A stretch of DNA of 64,000 nucleotides from Casimicrobiaceae bacterium (GTDB lineage: Bacteria; Pseudomonadota; Gammaproteobacteria; Burkholderiales; Casimicrobiaceae), in NCBI GenBank assembly GCA_036395475.1, contig DASWDF010000035.1:1980-65979 (forward strand), written 5' to 3'. The position numbers and the translations under genes are program-made. Within the stretch, counting starts at the first letter, position 1. Each line of letters starts with the position of its first letter. The notes beneath the pieces were generated by a model that was given only the letters and a program-made list of their open reading frames with translations, was not told the DNA's origin and did not search any database. Shown here one piece after another: positions 23,144 through 32,024 of the stretch.

Positions 23144-24310
23144 ATGGACATGACGCGACTCGCACTATGCCTGCTCTGTCTCGCAATCGTGTTCGCGTTA
23201 CCCACGCTAGGATATTTTTTCAGCGGTCTCTCGTTTCTGGCAACCGATGACGTAGCGGTCACGTTCAGCCGGCATTGGCGCCTGGGCGTTCTGTTCCTCG
23301 CGACGCCGATTGTGGGGCTGTGCATCCTCCTGCTCGTGCGTCCCGAGGATTTGCTGCGCTGGACGCCGACCGGAAAGGCATGGGCAACCTATCGCATCGG
23401 ACATGTAGCGAACGCGGCGTTCGCGCGCGCGGAGCTCGCGTCCCAGTTCGAGCAAGTCAAGACATTTGCGCTGGCCCACGATCCGGTCGATGCGCCGATG
23501 GCGCAGCGATTGCGGGAGCAACTTCTGGCGCTTGGAGGATCGGAGACGCCGGCATCAGGCAAGGCGACGACTCCTGTCCTATTGCTGACGAACCGCACTC
23601 AGGTCGCGTGGATCGATGCGCAGACACAGCATCTGCGCGACGAGGGTCTTACGGTGATCGGCACGGGCATCGACTTGTCGGCGAGTCTCGAATGGCTGTG
23701 GCGGCGTCAATGGATCGATTTTCGCCGTTGGGACATCAGAAGAGTTGACCGTGCGCTCGCGCTACGGCAGGTCCCGGACGCCGTTACGCAGACGCGTTTG
23801 CCAAAGGCCGTGGTCCGCGTGCAGCACGTGCTTTGTGCCGTCGCAGCGCTCGTGTTCACCGCCGCCGGCGCCGTCCTTCCCGACCAGAATGGGCAAGCCG
23901 AGGATCTTTCGATCAGTCAATTCCCTGCCATGGCCACCTTTGCGGCGGCGGTATGGTGGGGACTCATCGCGCATCAGGTTGCGAAGCGCACGCGGACACC
24001 GGCACAACTGCTTCGTGCCGGCTTCATCGGATGCGTGGTGACGACGATCGTCGTCGGTCTCGACTTCTACGCGACGGCGGATGGCAAGCTCACCGGTGGC
24101 CGCATGTTAGTGGCCGCGGCGTTTCTCGTCATCGCTTGGGTGTGGCTGTCACGGCAGCGTTCAGCCGTTACGTTCTGGTTGCCGCAGGAGAAATTGACGC
24201 GGGCGGCGAAGCACTCGGCCCTCGGACGATATCGCGACTGGCGCACGCTGACGTGGTGCTTCGCTTACGCGATGCTATGGATGTCGGTGTTGCGACCTTT
24301 CGTGAACTGA
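23144..24310 (+). CDS. polytopic membrane protein with a central degenerate TIR-like segment; same reading frame as 22505-23113
   Basis: Repeats the A(I/L)PTLGYF helix motif of the upstream ORF. The central alpha/beta-like segment ends in WIDFRRW (compare VVDFRGS upstream). At least 4 further TM helices follow. Confidence 0.5.
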   Translation: MDMTRLALCLLCLAIVFALPTLGYFFSGLSFLATDDVAVTFSRHWRLGVLFLATPIVGLCILLLVRPEDLLRWTPTGKAWATYRIGHVANAAFARAELASQFEQVKTFALAHDPVDAPMAQRLREQLLALGGSETPASGKATTPVLLLTNRTQVAWIDAQTQHLRDEGLTVIGTGIDLSASLEWLWRRQWIDFRRWDIRRVDRALALRQVPDAVTQTRLPKAVVRVQHVLCAVAALVFTAAGAVLPDQNGQAEDLSISQFPAMATFAAAVWWGLIAHQVAKRTRTPAQLLRAGFIGCVVTTIVVGLDFYATADGKLTGGRMLVAAAFLVIAWVWLSRQRSAVTFWLPQEKLTRAAKHSALGRYRDWRTLTWCFAYAMLWMSVLRPFVN

Positions 24311-24584
24311 ACGCCAACTGCGCGATGTTACCGTCGCGCAGCAACCGGCTTGGTGACGCAACGCAGGTTCGTCTCGGTTGAATCGAGCGCGGGCGCTTAC
24401 GCCAAATGCGCCCCCTATTCGGGCGCGCCTCTTTTGAGCGACTACATGCTTTACGCGTGCGATTGTCTGCTGTCGGACCCAAACCAGCCGGTCGGCCTGC
24501 CTCCAAAGCAGACGTTGAACGGACCACGTTAGCCGGCGACCGCGCAAAGTGACGCGAGAGCTGCCCACCATGTGGAACGATCGC

Positions 24585-25565
24585 TCACTGAATCACTTCG
24601 TCAGCCCGAAGCAGCAACGCCGGCGGGATGGTGATCCCCAGAGCCTTGGCAGTTTTCAGATTGATAATCAGTTCGAACTGGGTCGGCTGCTCCACCGGGA
24701 TATCGGCGGGCTTCGCGCCTTTGAGGATTTTGTCAACGAAGCTGGCTGCCGTGCGCCAATGCCACGCGCCGGGTGAAAGATACGACATCAAACCGCCGGC
24801 AGCGACATATTGACGCCCGCCGAAAACGGCAGGCACGTGGGACCGAACGGTCAGCTCGGCGATCCGGACATGGTTCTGCGTAAACATCGGGTCGCCCACG
24901 ACTACGAGCGCGCCGCCCTTGGCGCGCGTGATCGCTCCGTCGAGTTCTCCTTCCACCGTGACGTCGATGCGATCAAGCTGCAGGCCAAGGCTCTTTGCGC
25001 GCGACGACATCGCGTCAAAGAAGAATATGTTGGCGGGGTTGGCCTTGTTCATCAGCACGCTGACCCTCTTGAGCGCCGGGACGACTGACGACAGCAGCTC
25101 CAGTTGTTTGGCAAGTACCTGTTCGCCCGCCGCCGTAGTGCCGGTCAGGTCGCCACCCGGCCGGGCCAAGCTGGCCACGAATCCGGCGCCCACCGCGTCC
25201 CCGGCAAGGACCATGACGATCGGCACGCCGGGAGCACCGTCACGCGCCGCCCGGATGGTGATAGTGCCGGGCGCAATGATCAGCGCCACTGAAAGCGCCT
25301 TAAGTTCGGCCGCGAGTTCGCGCTGGCGCTCCGGATTCTGTCCAGCCCAGCGCGTTTCGATCACGAGGTTCTTTCCTTCAACCCAGCCAAGATCGCGCAA
25401 ACCCGCATGTAGAGCCTCCACGTCGATTCGATCCGCAGCTGTCAGTTCGGACTGTGGAACAAGCAATCCAATCCTGAACACCTTGCCCGGCTGCTGTCCG
25501 CGAACCGCGAGCGGCTCGAGCAGACACGTGCTGGCGACCAGCGTGACAAATGTCCTCCGGTCCAT
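24585..25565 (-). CDS. orphan ABC substrate-binding protein (PF04392-type), paralog 1
   Basis: MDRRTFVTLVASTCLLEPLAV signal, and the C-terminal hallmark GGLMSY ... PADIPVEQPTQFELIINLKTAKALGITIP. About 80 % aa identity by eye to 50914-51894. Confidence 0.85.
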   Translation of the reverse strand: MDRRTFVTLVASTCLLEPLAVRGQQPGKVFRIGLLVPQSELTAADRIDVEALHAGLRDLGWVEGKNLVIETRWAGQNPERQRELAAELKALSVALIIAPGTITIRAARDGAPGVPIVMVLAGDAVGAGFVASLARPGGDLTGTTAAGEQVLAKQLELLSSVVPALKRVSVLMNKANPANIFFFDAMSSRAKSLGLQLDRIDVTVEGELDGAITRAKGGALVVVGDPMFTQNHVRIAELTVRSHVPAVFGGRQYVAAGGLMSYLSPGAWHWRTAASFVDKILKGAKPADIPVEQPTQFELIINLKTAKALGITIPPALLLRADEVIQ

Positions 25566-25960
25566 CACTGGAACACTAGGGGATCTTGCTCGAATCCAAA
25601 CCCACGCGGCCAAGGTAGGTGGCGGACCATCCAGTAAAGAGTGTTGCCCGAGCCGGCGAAAGGATCGATTACCAATGCAGCGGATGTGAGCGGAACCGAC
25701 TTGGCAACGGCGGCGATGTCTCTCCCGATACTTTCGGCCAGCTTATCGCGGGTACATTCCACCGCGGTTCGTCCAAGAATCCGTATCCCTCTGCTGTACC
25801 AATCGGCAGGCCGGAGGCCGTAAATACAAACGTAGTCAGGATCATCCCAGCTTTCGATCCCGTATCGCTGCACCTCCGTCAGGTCGAGCACAGCATTGCG
25901 CTTTACGCCCTCAAGCAGTAGCTGGCGGTCGTACGCAGGGCCTTTGCTCCCGGTATTCAT
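25565..25960 (-). CDS. truncated SAM-dependent methyltransferase-like fragment (motif I and post-I only)
   Basis: 131 aa ending ...LVIDPFAGSGNTLYWM...GFEQD. No catalytic (D/N)PPY-type motif follows. Its TGA overlaps the ATG of the downstream SBP gene (TGATG). Confidence 0.4.
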   Translation of the reverse strand: MNTGSKGPAYDRQLLLEGVKRNAVLDLTEVQRYGIESWDDPDYVCIYGLRPADWYSRGIRILGRTAVECTRDKLAESIGRDIAAVAKSVPLTSAALVIDPFAGSGNTLYWMVRHLPWPRGFGFEQDPLVFQ

Positions 25961-26054
25961 GGTTGGCTCTCCGACGATGCGTGATGGAAATTCTCCATCC
26001 GTTTTTCACCGACGCCAAGTCAGAGTGTGATTGTCCGGACTTGGACGACAAGCA

Positions 26055-26104
26055 CTGATCAATGGCTGCTTTGAAGCGCGGTGCCCTAAGGCCGCTCTTG
26101 GCCG
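26055..26104. repeat. 50-bp direct repeat copy X (pairs with 31652-31701)
   Basis: 42/50 ungapped identity, including a perfect 16-mer CTGATCAATGGCTGCT. Lies 44 bp beyond the 3' end of the integrase remnant. Confidence 0.6.
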
Positions 26105-26147
26105 TCTGCGACCGTCGGACTCGGCGGCCGCAACCAGCCAGACACGA

Positions 26148-26775
26148 CTACACTTCGGTCTGCTCAGCGATCTCCAGCGCATCGTCGACTTCGATCCCGA
26201 GATACCTGACAGTGCTTTCAAGTTTCGTGTGTCCGAGCAAGAGTTGTACGGCCCGGAGATTCCTGGTCCGTCGGTAGATCAGCGTCGGTTTGGTGCAGCG
26301 CATTGAATGGGTGCCGTAGGCTGCCGGGTCAAGCCCAATCGACCCTACCCAGGACCCGACGATCCGGGAGTACTGCCGGGTCGATAGATGGGGCGACTCC
26401 GTAACGCGGCTCGGGAAAAGGAACTGCTCCGGCTTCAGGCGGGGCCGCTGTGATCCAGGCGGCCACCGCGTCCCGCGTTTGCTCGGTGATCTCGAATTGC
26501 ACCGGCCGCTGGGTCTTCTTCTGCATGACAATCGCGCGGGCGGCGACGTGACTGCCCTGGACCACGTCGTGGACACGAAGCCCAACCAGATCGCAGCCGC
26601 GCAACTTGCTGTCGATGGCAAGGTTGAATAACGCGAGTTCACGGTGTCGATGAGTCAGCTGCAGTCGAATCCGGGTGGCCCAGATCTCTTTCAGCTTCAG
26701 AGGAGGCTTCTGTCCGAGTAGTTTGCCCTAGTTCCACGGCGTTGCACGTCCTTCGGTCTTCGTGGCGGTATCCAC
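26148..26775 (-). pseudogene. tyrosine recombinase/integrase (short about 200-aa class) with an in-frame TAG (26728-26730) and a frameshift near 26450
   Basis: GAAGGAG-N7-GTG at 26775. Reads KPPLKLKEIWATRIRLQ ... LAIDSKLRGCDLVGLRV ... KTQRPVQFEITEQTR in one frame. Reads FLFPSR ... GTHSMRCT ... LLGHTKLESTVRYLGIEVDDAL in another. Confidence 0.75.
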
Positions 26776-26969
26776 GAATGGCTCCTTCGTCGAGAGAAAG
26801 GAGCTTCATGTTGATCGCGCCCAACGGGCGCTTCACGACCCAAACCACCCGATTGGTCTTCTCGGCAGGACGAAAACGCCCGCTGGCCCGGCCGAACTAT
26901 TACTTGAGTTTCCGCCTGGATTCCTGAACAGTCTGACCCTGCATGAAAACCAGTCGACGAGGGGAGGCC

Positions 26970-27134
26970 TCAGCTCTTTTTTGAAGTCTTCGCAACAAAT
27001 GGCGTCGGGACGTGCTGAACCGTTTCGCTTCCGCACTTAGGGCAACGCGGATGAGCGGTTTCATGTTCGGCGAGATGTTCGGCATGCTCGAAAATTTCGC
27101 CGCACTTCTCGCAGCGGTATCGGTAAGTAGGCAT
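26970..27134 (-). CDS. FmdB-family zinc-ribbon protein (54 aa, below the ORF-track cutoff)
   Basis: MPTYRYRCEKCGEIFEHAEHLAEHETAHPRCPKCGSETVQHVPTPFVAKTSKKS: MPxYxYxCxxCG ... CPxCG is the family signature. Confidence 0.7.
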   Translation of the reverse strand: MPTYRYRCEKCGEIFEHAEHLAEHETAHPRCPKCGSETVQHVPTPFVAKTSKKS

Positions 27135-27513
27135 GGCGCTTCTCCATCATGGAAGCCGGAACCGCCGACCGGATGCGCTACCCCAGTGGCGTCCGGTGCA
27201 TTCGTACCCCAATTCTAAAGCAGGAAAAGATCGGCAAATGCCGACCCCGATTAGCCGTCCGATCTTCTCAAGAGCGGACGTTCAAACAAACGAGTGGATC
27301 TGGCGACCCCGCAGAGTAACGCGAGAGGGACGAACAATTGGAAGGGTTCAATTACTGGATCACCTTCGCCGCGGGTCGTGCGAAAGACAATGTGAATAAT
27401 CGGGTCGACGCGGTAGCAAAAAGCAACCACAATATCAGCGCCCGATCGCGCCATCGGCATCGTTGGCCAGAAGCGATGGGCGGCTTGGGTTAGACATCAA
27501 ACGGCACTCGAGT

Positions 27514-28515
27514 ATGCGCGCGAACATGCAAAGCGTTGCTGCGGCCATCGCCACGACGGTACTGTTGCTGACGGCGCCCACTGTCGGCCTCGCGCAGCCG
27601 TCGGAATCTAAGGCCTATGTCGGCATCCTTGTCATGGGCGGCCTGGAACAACGTGGCCATCTCGAGCAGGCGCTGTTGCAGGGCCTGCGCGAGCAGGGCT
27701 ATGTCGAGGGCAGGAACCTCGTCCTTGAGCGACGTTATGCCGACGGCAGCTCGCGGCTACCGGAGTTTGCGCGCGAGCTAGCGGCGATGAAGCTGGATGC
27801 GGTTGTCACCACCTGTACGCCCTCGACGCGCGCCGCGATGCAAGCGACCGCCTCGACGCCCATCATTATGGCGGCGGTCGCCGACCCTGTCGGGCAAAAC
27901 CTGATCACGAGCCTCGCCAAGCCCGGCACCAACATCACCGGACTCGCGAGCGAGGCCGAGGACATTCTGCCCAAGATGATGGAGCTGTTGACGAGCATTG
28001 CTCCCAAACCAGAGAGGATCGCGGTGCTCTTGGAGGCAAGAAGCGACGTCCACCCGCGCATGTGGAGAGCGCTTGCTCCGATCGCGCAATCGCTGAAAGT
28101 TGAACTGATCAGGATCGAGGTGACGAGCCCCGCCAACGTGAATCTGCCGCTCGCATTCCAAACGGCAGTACGCGAAAAGGCGGACGCCATCCTCGTACTG
28201 CCGGATGAACCGGTGTTTCTCACTAAGCGCGCGCTCATCGTCGAACTTGCGGCCAAGCACAACCTACCGGCCTTTTACGGTGCGCGGGAATACGTCGACG
28301 AAGGCGGCCTGATGAGCTATGGCGAAAATCTACGAACTGCCTACCGCAATGCCGCCTCCTATGTCAGCAAAGTGGTGCATGGCGCAAAACCCGGTGACCT
28401 TCCAGTCGAACAACCGACTAAATTCGAGTTGGTGGTCAACATGAAAACCGCTAAGGCGCTCGGTATCACGATCCCGCAATCTGTATCTCTTCGCGCCAAC
28501 TACATAATCGAGTAA
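27514..28515 (+). CDS. orphan ABC substrate-binding protein (PF04392-type), paralog 2
   Basis: Signal peptide MRANMQSVAAAIATTVLLLTAPTVGLA. C-terminus GGLMSYG ... PGDLPVEQPTKFELVVNMKTAKALGITIP. Confidence 0.85.
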   Translation: MRANMQSVAAAIATTVLLLTAPTVGLAQPSESKAYVGILVMGGLEQRGHLEQALLQGLREQGYVEGRNLVLERRYADGSSRLPEFARELAAMKLDAVVTTCTPSTRAAMQATASTPIIMAAVADPVGQNLITSLAKPGTNITGLASEAEDILPKMMELLTSIAPKPERIAVLLEARSDVHPRMWRALAPIAQSLKVELIRIEVTSPANVNLPLAFQTAVREKADAILVLPDEPVFLTKRALIVELAAKHNLPAFYGAREYVDEGGLMSYGENLRTAYRNAASYVSKVVHGAKPGDLPVEQPTKFELVVNMKTAKALGITIPQSVSLRANYIIE

Positions 28516-28709
28516 AAACCTGCTTAGCCGGCCAACGATCGAGATCGACCCTCACCCGACGTTCCCGGCAATTAGTTGTGTGTCCGCAATGCCGCGATAC
28601 CAGCCGTTCAGCCCCGAGCCCATCAATGGGTGCGTTCGGCCACCTCCGGCCGCACCGTGGCCCGCCGCGACGCCGCATCGCCTCAGCTTCCCGTCGGCAC
28701 GGGCAAGTC

Positions 28710-29224
28710 ATGAAGCGCTACACTGCTCCCGACGGCGCGTCAGGCCGTTGGATTTACTATCCCTATCCCTCGGCGCTCGTTGCGCCGGCGTACTTCGCGA
28801 CGATGGGCTTCGGCGTGCCTGCCGGGCTTGGCCTGCAGGATGCTCGGCGAGCGTCCTCTCGTGCTGGTCGGCAACGGCGTGTTCCAGATGACGGGCTGGG
28901 AGCTCGGCAATTGCCGCCGCTTACGGCTGGGATCCGATCGTCGTCGTGCTCAACAATGTGTGCTGGGAGATGCTGCACACTTTCCAGCCCGAATCGAAAT
29001 TCACGACTCTCGACGACTGGCATTTTGCCGACATCGCTGCGCCGCTCGGCGGCGACGGCCTTCGCGTGCGCACGCGACACGAACTACGCGATGCGCTGGA
29101 GCGCGCCGCAGCGACGCGCGGGCGTTTTCAGCTGATCGAAGCCATGATTCCGCGCGGCGTGCTCTCCGGCACGCTGCAGCGCTTCGTCGGCGGCGTGAAA
29201 CGTCTCTCGGCGCGCGCGGGATGA
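28710..29224 (+). pseudogene. thiamine-diphosphate enzyme (decarboxylase-type) C-terminal PP-domain remnant with 2 frameshifts
   Basis: Fragments lie in three frames. They are FATMGFGVPAGLGLQ, PLVLVGNGVFQMTGWELG, IVVVLNNVCWEML, and the C-terminal HELRDALERAAATRGRFQLIEAMIP. There is no N-terminal or middle domain. Confidence 0.6.
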
Positions 29225-29254
29225 CGCAACGCGGATGCAACGCGCGGTTGCGTT

Positions 29255-30334
29255 TCAGTATTTGCCGTGCGTCTGCAGCGCCCGCGACATCGCGCGGACG
29301 TTTTCCGTCTTGCAGTAGTCCGTCAGGCTATTGGCGCTGCTCATGATATAGCCGCCGCCCTTCCCCGCCAGCGCGATCCGCTCTCGCACCTCCTTCTCCA
29401 CCTCGTCGGGCGTGCCGCGGGTCAGCGTGTAATCGAGGTCGATGTTACCGATCAGGCACACTCTGGAACCGTACTGCGTCTTCATGCGGCCGATGTCCAT
29501 CGCCGAGGGCTGAATCGGATGAATGGCGCTCATGCCGAGTTGCAACAGTCCGTCGAGTATGGGGAAAAGGTTGCCGTCGCTGTGGAATGCCCAGGGCTTT
29601 CCGTTCATCGCATCGGCGACCCTTTTTTGGTACGGATAGAAGAACTCCTCGTACATCGCCCGATCGACCCACGGCATCTTGGTGTCGGCGTGATCGTCGA
29701 ACGCCCAATAGAAATCGAAGTCGAGCTTGTTCAGATTCGCGACCACCCGCACCGACCATTCGGAAAAACACTCGTGGATTGCCTTTACCAGGTCCGGATC
29801 GTCATAGAGCATCAGCGAGAACACATCGAGCCCCATGCTCTCGATCGTGTTCGCCGTACCGAGGCGCACGCGCGCGAACACGGCGTAGTCGTCGCGATAC
29901 GCGTCGATCCATTTGGCCACCTGCTCGTAGCGTGCCGGATGGTCGGGATCGGGCAGGAACTCGTCGAAAAGCCTGAGCGAATCGCGGTCGACGAGCAGCC
30001 CCCTCTTGACGAAGCTCCTTCCGCAGGGCTCGGTGCTCATTTCCGCGATCCACGGCGGCGAAAAGTCGAACGAGATCCGCTTCGGAAAATAGAACGCCTC
30101 CTTGGCCGATTGCGCCGCGCGCAGCGCCTGCTCGGGCAACCCGACGCCGGTTGTCGGAAAGCGGTAACCGAAGCCGTCCATCCCGAGGGTGCGGCACAAC
30201 TCGCCCGGGGTGAAGTCGCTCCGCCCGCCCATGATCCGTGTCTGCAGCCGTTCATCGAACGAGCCTTCGAGCCACGGCACACGGTCGGGCCGGCCGCGGC
30301 GCAGTGCCGTCATCACGCGTTCTTTGGGCGTCAT
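29255..30334 (-). CDS. uroporphyrinogen-decarboxylase (URO-D) family protein
   Basis: 359 aa. MTPKERVMTALRRGRPDRVPW start and overall URO-D/MtaA-like layout, recognised from memory. Confidence 0.7.
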   Translation of the reverse strand: MTPKERVMTALRRGRPDRVPWLEGSFDERLQTRIMGGRSDFTPGELCRTLGMDGFGYRFPTTGVGLPEQALRAAQSAKEAFYFPKRISFDFSPPWIAEMSTEPCGRSFVKRGLLVDRDSLRLFDEFLPDPDHPARYEQVAKWIDAYRDDYAVFARVRLGTANTIESMGLDVFSLMLYDDPDLVKAIHECFSEWSVRVVANLNKLDFDFYWAFDDHADTKMPWVDRAMYEEFFYPYQKRVADAMNGKPWAFHSDGNLFPILDGLLQLGMSAIHPIQPSAMDIGRMKTQYGSRVCLIGNIDLDYTLTRGTPDEVEKEVRERIALAGKGGGYIMSSANSLTDYCKTENVRAMSRALQTHGKY

Positions 30335-30344
30335 CGGGTAGGCA

Positions 30345-31331
30345 CTAATTTAGCGGAATCCTGGCGTCGAAGATCACCTTCTTCCAACGCTTCACTTCGG
30401 CCAGTGTATGTGCCGCGAGCGCCTGTCCCGTCATAGCCGACGGATCGAGCAATTGGTAGCCGTCCTCCGTCAGCCTGTCGGTGAAGGTCTTGTCCTGCAT
30501 CGCTTCGGCGAATTGCGCGTACACCCGCTCGATCGCCCCGCGCGGCGTGCCCTTCGGCGCGTAGATGCCGTACCAGGTCGCCGCCTCGAAGCCCGCGAGC
30601 CCGCTTTCATCGAGCGTCGGCACCTCCGGCATCTGCGGCAGTCGATGCCGCGACGTGACGGCGAGCGCCACGACCTTTTGCGCCTTCACCTGCGGAAGAG
30701 CGGTGTTCGACTGGTCGAACATGCCTTGGATATGTCCGCCCAGGATGTCCGCGATCGCGGGCGCGTTGCCCTTATAGGCGACGAACGTGAGCTCGACGCC
30801 GGCGGTGCTGGCGAATAGCGCGGCCACCAGATGACCGGTGGAGCCCACGCCGGCGTGGCCGAAGTTGAGCTTGCCGGGGCTCTGCTTGGCTTGCGCGATC
30901 AGGGCGCGCACGTCGCCGATGCCGGTATTGCGCCCGACCAGCAGCACCAATGGGGTGTCGGGAAAACGCGCGACGGCGTCGAAGTCCTTCACGGGATCGT
31001 AAGGAAGATTGGCGTAGAGACCGACGGCGGCAGCCATGTAACCCATATGGCCGATGAGGAACGTATAGCCGTCCGCCTTCGCCCGTGCGACGCGTGCCGC
31101 GCCGATCGTGCCGCCCGCCCCGGCGACATTCTCGACGACGATGCTTTGCCCGAACGTACGCGCCATCCGCTCCGCAAATTGGCGAGCGAGCGTGTCGGTG
31201 GCGCCGCCCGCGGCAAACGGCACGACGAATGTAACGGGCCTCGTCGGATAGGGCTGGGCAAGCGCATCGCCTCCGAGCAGCACGGCGAGTCCCGCGATGG
31301 CGAGCGTGATCACCTCAACGCTTGTCTTCAC
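30345..31331 (-). CDS. Bug-family (TctC-like) tripartite tricarboxylate transporter substrate-binding protein
   Basis: GGAGGAG RBS before GTG 31331, then a signal peptide. QPYPTRPVTFVVPFAAGGATD is the Bug family hallmark. Confidence 0.85.
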   Translation of the reverse strand: MKTSVEVITLAIAGLAVLLGGDALAQPYPTRPVTFVVPFAAGGATDTLARQFAERMARTFGQSIVVENVAGAGGTIGAARVARAKADGYTFLIGHMGYMAAAVGLYANLPYDPVKDFDAVARFPDTPLVLLVGRNTGIGDVRALIAQAKQSPGKLNFGHAGVGSTGHLVAALFASTAGVELTFVAYKGNAPAIADILGGHIQGMFDQSNTALPQVKAQKVVALAVTSRHRLPQMPEVPTLDESGLAGFEAATWYGIYAPKGTPRGAIERVYAQFAEAMQDKTFTDRLTEDGYQLLDPSAMTGQALAAHTLAEVKRWKKVIFDARIPLN

Positions 31332-31439
31332 GTTCTGCTCCTCCAGCGTTGTTGTCCTTGCTCGATACGCGGAGGAACGCGATGCGACCGTCGGCGGGGC
31401 CACGATCGCGTGCCAGAATCTCCCGCATCCACCACCCGC

Positions 31440-31556
31440 CACCGAACCGGCACCCCGGCGCGCCGCCCGCTACGCCTGGGCGCTGCTGTTGGCTCGCCTC
31501 TACGCAGTGTTCCCGCTCGTGTGTCCCCGGTGTGGTGCCGACATGCGCATCATGAT
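31440..31556 (+). pseudogene. IS91-family (Y2) transposase C-terminal scrap
   Basis: YAWALLLARLYAVFPLVCPRCGADMRIM matches the conserved ...W..LL.RVF.vD.L.CP.CGG.MRIIA tail. Nothing else of the transposase is present. Confidence 0.4.
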
Positions 31557-31651
31557 CTATCACCACCTCGTCAAACGAGAACGCGCTAATACTACGCTCT
31601 TCGCAGAAGACTAATCACCACAATCAAATTGTCGGTTGCCGCCGACATCTC

Positions 31652-31701
31652 CTGATCAATGGCTGCTATGGAGTGCAGTGCGCTATGACCGCTCGTGGCC
31701 G
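31652..31701. repeat. 50-bp direct repeat copy Y (pairs with 26055-26104)
   Basis: See copy X. Same orientation, 5.6 kb away, directly after the IS91-like scrap. Confidence 0.6.
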
Positions 31702-31759
31702 ATTACGGCTGTTCGCGCTGGCGAGCGTTTGGAAAAAGTCGACATCGTCAGATCGTTCG

Positions 31760-32003
31760 ATTGCGCCGCTCCTTGAGCACGCGCTCGATCTGCTCGATCG
31801 TGATGCGTCCGCGAACACGAAGCACCTGCACGCGCTCGCCGACGCCGGCCTCGTGCGAGACAGTCGCCACGGACGGGAGCGGACATGCGAGCTTGAACCG
31901 AGGCGCCTCGAAAAGGCGCGCTGTCTCGATCAGGTCTCGGAGGTGGGATGCGGCGGCTATCGGCCCGTTGAACGCACTCGTCGAGGACGAGCCGTCAAGA
32001 TGA
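31760..32003 (+). pseudogene. possible ArsR/SmtB-family regulator remnant (frameshifted, HTH partly deleted)
   Basis: KHLHALADAGLVRDSRHGRERTCELEP resembles the ArsR recognition-helix/wing region. The C-terminal W..A...L.ALVEDE is in another frame. The antisense frame is also open, so this call is weak. Confidence 0.3.
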
Positions 32004-32024
32004 TGTCAGTGCTCGGCGGGTTGC

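Noticed and set aside
31683-31990. Minus-strand frame ending ...GERVQVLRVRGRITIEQIERVLKERRNRTI* opposite the ArsR-like remnant.
   Set aside because: It is protein-like but has no start codon other than an internal GTG and no family match. I cannot decide between the strands, so only the ArsR-like reading is listed, at low confidence.
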